From a virus (Duplodnaviria > Caudoviricetes), in IMG/VR virus record IMGVR_UViG_3300008738_000498, positions 1 to 62,349 of that record: a stretch of 62,349 nucleotides of DNA; one strand, given 5' to 3'. Position numbers and translations under genes: made by a program. The notes below the pieces were generated by a model, which was given only the letters and a program-made list of their open reading frames with translations, had not been told where the DNA came from and searched no databases. This document shows, in pieces, positions 56,420 to 62,349 of the stretch; within the stretch, counting starts at the first letter, position 1; each line of letters starts with the position of its first letter.

Positions 56420-56676
56420 ACATCACGCAAGCCCTGAAAGGCATCGGTGGCGAATTTGAACTCAACCGCGTGATCGGCGCAACCGGCGCGCTGGCCTACA
56501 TAATTGCGGCCAACGCCTTCGAAGCCTGGGAAGTGCTGGGCGCTGGCAAGTCGTTCGACCTCGCCACCTATTGCGTTGCCTTCCCCGCCGGCTTGGGCGT
56601 CGTCGTGGGTGCTGTCTCGGGGGCTGTGGCGCTCAAGGATCGGCAGGTTGCCAAGGCCAAGGGAGACACGCCATGA
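56416..56676 (+). CDS. Two-TM holin/antiholin-like protein
   Basis: Two hydrophobic helices; coupled after endolysin. Confidence 0.6.
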   Translation: MNITQALKGIGGEFELNRVIGATGALAYIIAANAFEAWEVLGAGKSFDLATYCVAFPAGLGVVVGAVSGAVALKDRQVAKAKGDTP

Positions 56677-57164
56677 TCCCGCTCGCCACCCTCTTGCCCA
56701 TCCTGCGCCGGATCTGGTCCTATGCGCTGGCCGTGGCGCTCGCTCTGGGGCTTTGGCACTACCGGGGCGAATGGCAGGCCGAGAAGGCCGGCCGCGCATC
56801 TGACAAGGCGCTCTACACCACAGCCCAGCAAGTGGCTGACGCCGAATGGAGCGCCAAGCTCGCCAAGGCCAAGGCCGACTATGACGCCAAGGCCGCGCAA
56901 GGAGACAAGGACCATGAACAGCTATCGCGCGATTATGCTGCTCTTGCTGCTGACTATAAGCAGCGGATGCGCATCCAAGCCCCTAAAGGTTATGCCGGAC
57001 ACGTCCAAGCCATTGCCGACAGTCACGGTGCCAGCGTTCCTCAAGCAGCCCCCGCCGCGCCCCTCGTGGCTATCACAGACGCAGACATTGACGCCTGCAC
57101 GGCAGCGGTAGCCTATGGCGATGCCGCTCATGCTTGGGCGCTTTCGCTGGATGGGGTGAGGTAG
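56673..57164 (+). CDS. i-spanin (Rz-like)
   Basis: N-terminal TM followed by coiled coil; hosts an embedded lipoprotein gene. Confidence 0.75.
   Translation: MIPLATLLPILRRIWSYALAVALALGLWHYRGEWQAEKAGRASDKALYTTAQQVADAEWSAKLAKAKADYDAKAAQGDKDHEQLSRDYAALAADYKQRMRIQAPKGYAGHVQAIADSHGASVPQAAPAAPLVAITDADIDACTAAVAYGDAAHAWALSLDGVR
56914..57111 (+). CDS. o-spanin (Rz1-like) lipoprotein embedded in Rz
   Basis: MNSYRAIMLLLLLTISSG-C lipobox; Pro-rich; AAGGA RBS; alternate frame. Confidence 0.75.
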   Translation: MNSYRAIMLLLLLTISSGCASKPLKVMPDTSKPLPTVTVPAFLKQPPPRPSWLSQTQTLTPARQR

Positions 57165-57309
57165 CTGCGGGCCGGGCTTGATACCGGCTCTAAGCTGTCG
57201 CTGGCGGTAATATGCTCAATAGCTTTCTCGCCACTCGTGCACCTATCCGGCAAATTGCGGAACGACGCTTAGACTTATGGCTATGCGCTTCCATCAGCGC
57301 CGCCGCAGC
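57164..57309 (-). ncRNA. tRNA-like structured ncRNA (146 nt) lacking an anticodon arm
   Basis: 7-bp acceptor, D-like arm, 5-bp T-like arm, long inserted domain; extended -10 TGcTATGGT at 57324-57316. Confidence 0.7.
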
Positions 57310-57366
57310 CCGCGCACCATAGCACAGATCGCGCGCGGGGGAATCCCCCCGGCGCCTTGCAGAATC

Positions 57367-57381
57367 GTTCCGCATCCGTTC
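57367..57381 (+). promoter_or_regulatory. Alphaproteobacterial LexA (SOS) box
   Basis: Exact GTTC-N7-GTTC, 10 nt upstream of ATG 57392; TTGCAG at 57357. Confidence 0.7.
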
Positions 57382-57391
57382 TACACAGCGC

Positions 57392-57679
57392 ATGGCCAAA
57401 CATGCCGGCATTCTGCGGGCCTTCACCCGCGATCTTGATGCGATGATCGAGGCAAACGCACACATCCGCGCCTGGTGCGAGGGCTGCAAGGAATGGCGTG
57501 ACCTCGACCTGCTGGCCTTGCGGGATAAGGTCGGCGGCTCGTACTCGCTGCTCAATCGCCGGTGCCGCTGCAGGCTCACACCCGGGTGCACGGGGTGGAA
57601 CCGGTTCATGTACCTCGCTGGCGTGATGCGGCATCTGGCTGATGAAGAGACGCTGTTGCGGTGGGAGAATGAGCGTTGA
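57392..57679 (+). CDS. Small Zn-ribbon protein, probably SOS-inducible
   Basis: CEGC and CRCRLTPGC; LexA box upstream. Confidence 0.75.
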   Translation: MAKHAGILRAFTRDLDAMIEANAHIRAWCEGCKEWRDLDLLALRDKVGGSYSLLNRRCRCRLTPGCTGWNRFMYLAGVMRHLADEETLLRWENER

Positions 57680-58969
57680 TCATACGCGCCGGCGCCCAGG
57701 CAGCAGATCGGCCGCGGGCGGCAACCCATCCATCAGCAAATCTGCCCACTCGATCGCGATTGCCCGGCGCCGCGGCATGAACTGTGCCCGGTTGTAGGCG
57801 CTCTCCACCTTGTTCTCTGGCGTGTGCGCCAGCATCAGGTCGATGACCGCCCGATCGTCTGCTATGCCCGCTGCTTTGGCCCGCTCGTTCATGATCGTCG
57901 AAAATGCCGCGCGCCAGCCATGCGGAACGTGCCTGCGATGCCACCCGGCGCGGTTGTAGAGGAAGCCGATCCCGTTCTCTGATAGCGGGATGTGCGCATG
58001 GCGCTGACCCGGAAACACCAGCGCGCCCCGGCCGGATAACACACGGGCCGCGCGCAACACCTCCACGGCTTTCGGCGCCAGGGGCACGATGTGGTCGAAT
58101 TCCGCTTCCTCCTTGCGCTCGGCCGACAACTTCATCTGGTCGGCCGGGATATGCCATATCGCGTCCGGCGCGGGCTCATTGCTATCCCATTCGATCCCCT
58201 TCATATCGGCCCACTCGGCGCGCCGCACGGTGCCTGGACGCTGAGCGGTCAACGCCAGGAAGCGCGAGGCCAACAGCGTCACTGGGTAGGCCCCGCTGGC
58301 CTCGGTCACCGTCAGCAGCTTGCGCAGCTCGGCAAGATCAACCACCGCCGGCTGCTTCTTGGCCTTCTTCTTCGGCAACAGCGCATGCTCGAGCATAGCC
58401 GCCGGGTTGTCTTTGGTCAGGTGCTGCGAAATCGCCAGCACGAACACGCCGCTGATGCGCTGGCGCAAGCGCTTGGCTGTCTCGATCGCACCGCGCCGTT
58501 CGACCTTACGCAGCACGTCGAGAATGTCGCTGGCGGTGATGTCCGCGATCGGCCTCGGCCCCAGCTTGGGGAAAATATCGCGCTCCAGCGAATGAATCAC
58601 GTCGTACTGATGGACCGGCACCCAGCGGTCCTTGTTCAGGCCATGCCATTCCCGCGCCACGCTCTCGAAGGTATGCGCCACCTTCGCTTTCTCTGCCTGC
58701 GCGGCCCGGCGCTTCTCTTGCATCGGATCGATCCCGGCGGCGATCTTCTTGCGCGCCTCGTCTCGCAACTCGCGCGCTGCCGCCAAGCTCACGTCGGGAT
58801 AGCTGCCCAGTGCCAGCAGCTTCTCCTTACCGGCGATGCGGTATTTGAGCCGCCAGAGCTTGCCGCCCGCCGGGCGCACCAGCAGGTAGAGCCCCTTCTC
58901 ATCGGCCAGCTTGTAATCCTTTTCGGCCGGCGCGGCCTTGCGGATTCTCGTGTCGTTCAGCACCGCCAT
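57680..58969 (-). CDS. int: P4-type tyrosine integrase
   Basis: Arm-binding N-terminus (DEKGLYLLV..GKEKLLALGSYP); catalytic R (QRPG), HGWR, LAH, AYNR. Confidence 0.95.
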   Translation of the reverse strand: MAVLNDTRIRKAAPAEKDYKLADEKGLYLLVRPAGGKLWRLKYRIAGKEKLLALGSYPDVSLAAARELRDEARKKIAAGIDPMQEKRRAAQAEKAKVAHTFESVAREWHGLNKDRWVPVHQYDVIHSLERDIFPKLGPRPIADITASDILDVLRKVERRGAIETAKRLRQRISGVFVLAISQHLTKDNPAAMLEHALLPKKKAKKQPAVVDLAELRKLLTVTEASGAYPVTLLASRFLALTAQRPGTVRRAEWADMKGIEWDSNEPAPDAIWHIPADQMKLSAERKEEAEFDHIVPLAPKAVEVLRAARVLSGRGALVFPGQRHAHIPLSENGIGFLYNRAGWHRRHVPHGWRAAFSTIMNERAKAAGIADDRAVIDLMLAHTPENKVESAYNRAQFMPRRRAIAIEWADLLMDGLPPAADLLPGRRRV

Positions 58970-59028
58970 ACCCCCACTTGGGGGTACACGGCGCCGCCAC
59001 CAGCATCCTTACCCCCAGACATACCCCC
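58969..59028. repeat. Putative integrase arm-type binding sites
   Basis: TACCCCC at 58969, 59010, 59022 and inverted at 58980-58986. Confidence 0.65.
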
Positions 59029-59144
59029 GCGCGGCGCGGCTTTCGGTGACAGGCGATGACGGCCCGTGACAGGCGAGAATCGCTGAAAACGCGACGGCGG
59101 GTGACGCCTTATGGATGTTGGTGGGTGCTGGTGAAAGAGGCAAA

Positions 59145-59235
59145 TGGCGGAGCGGGAGGGATTCGAACCCTCGATACGCTTTTGACGTATACTCACTTTC
59201 CAGGCGAGCGCCTTCGACCACTCGGCCACCGCTCC
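59145..59235 (-). tRNA. tRNA-Ser(GGA), prophage integration site
   Basis: GGAGCGGTGGCCGAGTGG..CTCGC-CTGGAAA-GTGAG, long variable arm, GGTTCGAATCC, CCA end. Confidence 0.97.
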
Positions 59236-59309
59236 GCATGCACTGGAAGGCGCCCCCTAGCCGTCCGTGTGGGGTTGCGCAAGGGCGGTTTGGTGATCAC
59301 AACGGCAAA

Positions 59310-60251
59310 ATGTTGATCCGTCCTGCCGCTTCGCTGATCCTGGCCATTACGGCCGCAAGTTATGCACAGGCGCAGCCGCCTGCGCCCCCGGCTGCGCCCA
59401 GCCCGACGGAGATCGTGGGCGCGGCGCCGGCGGCCGATTGGGTGGCGATCGCGCCCGAAGATCTGCTGGTTATGGACCTGGCGCCGGCGGCCGATGGCAG
59501 CGCGCGGCAGGTGGTGATCCAGTTGCTGCCGGCGCCCTGGTCGCAAGGCTGGGTGGGCAATATCCGCAAGCTGGCCACCGCGCACTGGTGGGATGGCACG
59601 GCGATCACCCGCGTGCAGGATGGCTATGTCGTGCAATGGGGCGATCCCGATGCGGAGGACAAGGCCAAGGCCCGACCCCTGCCCCCGTCGCTGCTGAGCG
59701 TGTCGCAGGGCGCCTATACCCTCACCGCCGGGGCCGCGCCGGCGCTGGAAGGGCCGCGCATTGCCGATGGCATCTATGCCGCGCAGGCGCGGTTCTATCA
59801 TGGCTGGCCGATCGCCACCGGCCCGGGCGAGGCGCCAGAAACCTGGCCGGTGCATTGCTATGGCACGGTGGGCGTGGGGCGCGACATGCCGCCCGACGCC
59901 GGCAGCGGTGCCGAGCTTTATGCCGTGATCGGCGATGCGCCGCGCCAGCTCGATCGCAACATCGCGGTGGTCGGCCGGGTGATTGCCGGCATGGAATGGC
60001 TATCCAGCCTGCCGCGCGGCAAGGGTGACATGGGGTTCTATCGCCAGACGGCCGAGCGCACGCCGATCCTGCGCGTGCGGCTGGGCGATGCGGTGCCCGG
60101 CCTGCCGACGTGGCAATATCTGTCCACCGCCAGCGCCAGCTTTGCCCGCTATGCCGATGCCCGCGCCAACCGGCGCGACCCGTTCTACGTGCGCCCGGCC
60201 GGCGGGGTGGACATCTGCAACGTGCCGGTGCCCATCCGCCAAAAGCCCTGA
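59310..60251 (+). CDS. Cyclophilin-type peptidyl-prolyl isomerase (host)
   Basis: Signal peptide; RVQDGYVVQWGD, HCYG.VGVGR, PRQLDRNIAVVGRV. Confidence 0.85.
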   Translation: MLIRPAASLILAITAASYAQAQPPAPPAAPSPTEIVGAAPAADWVAIAPEDLLVMDLAPAADGSARQVVIQLLPAPWSQGWVGNIRKLATAHWWDGTAITRVQDGYVVQWGDPDAEDKAKARPLPPSLLSVSQGAYTLTAGAAPALEGPRIADGIYAAQARFYHGWPIATGPGEAPETWPVHCYGTVGVGRDMPPDAGSGAELYAVIGDAPRQLDRNIAVVGRVIAGMEWLSSLPRGKGDMGFYRQTAERTPILRVRLGDAVPGLPTWQYLSTASASFARYADARANRRDPFYVRPAGGVDICNVPVPIRQKP

Positions 60252-60258
60252 CGCGCTT

Positions 60259-62349
60259 TTATATCCGGTCGGCCTGGGCTACCGCATCGCTGGCGCGCAG
60301 GGCGCTGACGATGCGGGTAAGGTGCGCCAGATCGCGCACTTCCAGATCGACCAGATAGGTGTGGAACGGGTTTTCGCGCTGGGTCATTTCCAGGTTGACC
60401 ACGTTGGCATGGTTCTTGGCAAAGATCCCCGCCATTTCGGCCAGTGTACCAGGGCGGTTATACAGCTCGGCGCGCAGGCGGCCGACCGCGCCATCGGTGC
60501 GCTTGTCCCACGACAGGTCGATCCAATCGGCATCGACGCCATCGGCCAGCCGCTCGCAATCGATGGCGTGCACTTCCACGCCCTTGCCCGGGCGACGCAG
60601 GCCGACGATGCGATCGCCCGGCACCGGGTGGCAGCATTCGGCCAGCTTGAAGGCCATGCCCGGCGTCAGGCCGCGCACGGCGATGGCGCGCTGTTGGCGC
60701 GGCCAATCCTCTGGGTTGGGCAGGTTGGCAGTGCTGCCGGGCACCAGCGCCTCCATCACCTGGCGATCGTCCAGCTTGGCCGAGCCGATCGCCACCATGA
60801 GGTCTTCCTCACTGTTGAATTTCAGGCGCTTGACCGCATCGGCCAGGGCCTTCTTGCCCACCTGGGTGGGCAGCCGCTCGGTGATTTCCTCATAGAGCTT
60901 GCGGCCGATCAGGGCCACTTCGGCGCGTTCCTTCTGGCGCACGGCGCGGCGGATCGCGGCGCGCGCCTTGCCGGTCACGGCAAAGCCCAGCCACGATAGC
61001 TGCGGCTCGGAATTGCGGCTCTTGATGATTTCCACCACGTCGCCATTGCCCAGCGGCGTGCGCAGCGGCACGTGGCGGCCGTTGATCTTGGCCCCCACCG
61101 CCTGCGCGCCAAGATTGGTGTGCACGGCAAAGGCAAAGTCGATCGGCGTGGCACCCTTGGGCAGCTGGAACAGCGCGCCCTTGGGGGTGAAGGCAAAGAT
61201 GCGATCCTGGTAGATCGCCATCTTGGTGTTTTCCAGCAGCTCGTCAGGATCGTGGCTGGCGTCGAGAATTTCGACGAGGTCGCGCAGCCAGCCGACCTGG
61301 CCATCGGGCTCCCCGCCCTGCTTGTAGGCCCAGTGCGCGGCCAGGCCGTATTCGTTGCGATGGTGCATCTCGCGCGTCTTGAGCTGCACCTCCACCCGGC
61401 GCGCATTGTTGTAGATCAGCGAGGTATGCAGGCTTTTATAGCCATTGATCTTGGGCGTGGAGATATAGTCCTTGAACCGCCCGGGGATCATCTGCCACGT
61501 CTGGTGCAGCACGCCCAGCGCCTTGTAGCAATCGCCCACATCGTCAACCAGCACGCGAAATGCCATGATGTCGGAAATCTGTTCGAACGACACGTGCCGC
61601 TCGGCCATCTTCTTCCAGATCGAATAGGGATGCTTTTCGCGGCCGGCCACTTCCACGCGCAGGCCGGCCTCGGCCAGCGCCTGCTTGATCGACAGGGCAA
61701 TGTCCCCCACCTCGCCCCCGCCCTCGCTGCGGATGGCGGCCAGGCGGCCGGTGATCGTGGCATAGGCCTCGGGCTCCAGTTGCTCGAACGCGAGCAGCTG
61801 CATTTCCCGCATATATTCATACATGCCCACGCGCTGGGCGAGCGGGGCATAGATTTCCATCGTCTCGCGCGCGATGCGGCGGCGCTTTTCCTCGCTCTTG
61901 ATGAAGTGCAAGGTGCGCATGTTGTGCAGCCGGTCGGCCAGCTTGACCAGCAGCACGCGCAAATCCTCGCTCATCGCGAGGAGGAACTTGCGCAGGTTTT
62001 CGGCCGCGCGCTCGCTTTCCGTCATCGTCTCGATCTTGGAAAGCTTGGTCACGCCATCGACCAGCCGCGCCACATCGGGCCCGAACAGCCGCTCGATCTC
62101 GTCCACCGTGGCGAGCGTATCCTCCACCGTATCGTGGAGCAGCGCGGTAACGATGGTTTCCTGATCGAGCTTGAGCTCGGTCATCAGGCCCGCCACCTCC
62201 ACCGGATGGGAGAAATAGGGATCGCCGCTGGCACGCTTCTGCGTCCCGTGCTTCTGCACGGTATAGACATAGGCACGGTTGAGCATGGCCTCGTCCGCCT
62301 GGGGAGCGTAGGCCAGCACACGTTCGACAAGTTCATATTGGCGGAGCAT
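60259..62349 (-). CDS. spoT: Bifunctional (p)ppGpp synthetase/hydrolase RelA/SpoT (host)
   Basis: HD motif LLHDTVED, GRFKDYI, TGS (DFAFAVHT), CCHPVPGD, ACT domain. Confidence 0.97.
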   Translation of the reverse strand: MLRQYELVERVLAYAPQADEAMLNRAYVYTVQKHGTQKRASGDPYFSHPVEVAGLMTELKLDQETIVTALLHDTVEDTLATVDEIERLFGPDVARLVDGVTKLSKIETMTESERAAENLRKFLLAMSEDLRVLLVKLADRLHNMRTLHFIKSEEKRRRIARETMEIYAPLAQRVGMYEYMREMQLLAFEQLEPEAYATITGRLAAIRSEGGGEVGDIALSIKQALAEAGLRVEVAGREKHPYSIWKKMAERHVSFEQISDIMAFRVLVDDVGDCYKALGVLHQTWQMIPGRFKDYISTPKINGYKSLHTSLIYNNARRVEVQLKTREMHHRNEYGLAAHWAYKQGGEPDGQVGWLRDLVEILDASHDPDELLENTKMAIYQDRIFAFTPKGALFQLPKGATPIDFAFAVHTNLGAQAVGAKINGRHVPLRTPLGNGDVVEIIKSRNSEPQLSWLGFAVTGKARAAIRRAVRQKERAEVALIGRKLYEEITERLPTQVGKKALADAVKRLKFNSEEDLMVAIGSAKLDDRQVMEALVPGSTANLPNPEDWPRQQRAIAVRGLTPGMAFKLAECCHPVPGDRIVGLRRPGKGVEVHAIDCERLADGVDADWIDLSWDKRTDGAVGRLRAELYNRPGTLAEMAGIFAKNHANVVNLEMTQRENPFHTYLVDLEVRDLAHLTRIVSALRASDAVAQADRI

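Larger units (their letters stand above)
1..59144. mobile_element. Temperate myovirus-type prophage integrated at tRNA-Ser(GGA); left att outside window
   Basis: Contiguous integrase, cI/cro, replication, head, contractile tail and lysis modules; integrase abuts tRNA 3' end; AlpA at the opposite end. Confidence 0.95.

Noticed and set aside
57164-57309. Calling the element a real tRNA, intron-containing tRNA or tmRNA
   Set aside because: No anticodon stem-loop, insert too short for a group I intron, no G3-U70 pair or tag ORF
57190-57729. Minus-strand ORFs of 179 and 117 aa
   Set aside because: Shadow of the Zn-ribbon gene; no RBS or protein-like features; region better explained by the ncRNA

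Overview
Positions 1 to about 59,140 are an apparently near-complete temperate, contractile-tailed prophage. It is integrated at the 3' end of a tRNA-Ser(GGA) (59145-59235, - strand) in a high-GC alphaproteobacterium, probably a sphingomonad (inferred). Host genes follow: a cyclophilin-type PPIase and RelA/SpoT. Gene order: leftward early operon (AlpA/Xis, MT-A70 methyltransferase, Bet recombinase, HNH); cI/cro switch with palindromic operators; rightward early/replication operon (PAPS-reductase-like, GapR-like, AAA+, RusA-like, DnaB, initiator with iterons, Q-like gene); head (TerS, TerL, portal, MuF, DUF2213, DUF2184 capsid); neck and tail; baseplate; several receptor-binding proteins; lysis cassette; P4-type integrase. 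The other att site is not visible and should lie just left of base 1. Top candidates for novelty: (1) a 146-nt tRNA-shaped non-coding RNA with its own promoter and no anticodon arm, back-to-back with a LexA-boxed Zn-ribbon gene; (2) an ADP-ribosyltransferase plus Nudix pair in the head operon that share an HxHx[HQ] tag with the protease/scaffold, suggesting tagged capsid cargo; (3) a P22 immI-like mnt/arc/sar/ant island inside the tail operon, followed by a second copy of the late promoter. All family assignments come from reading motifs and synteny by eye; no database searches were run.
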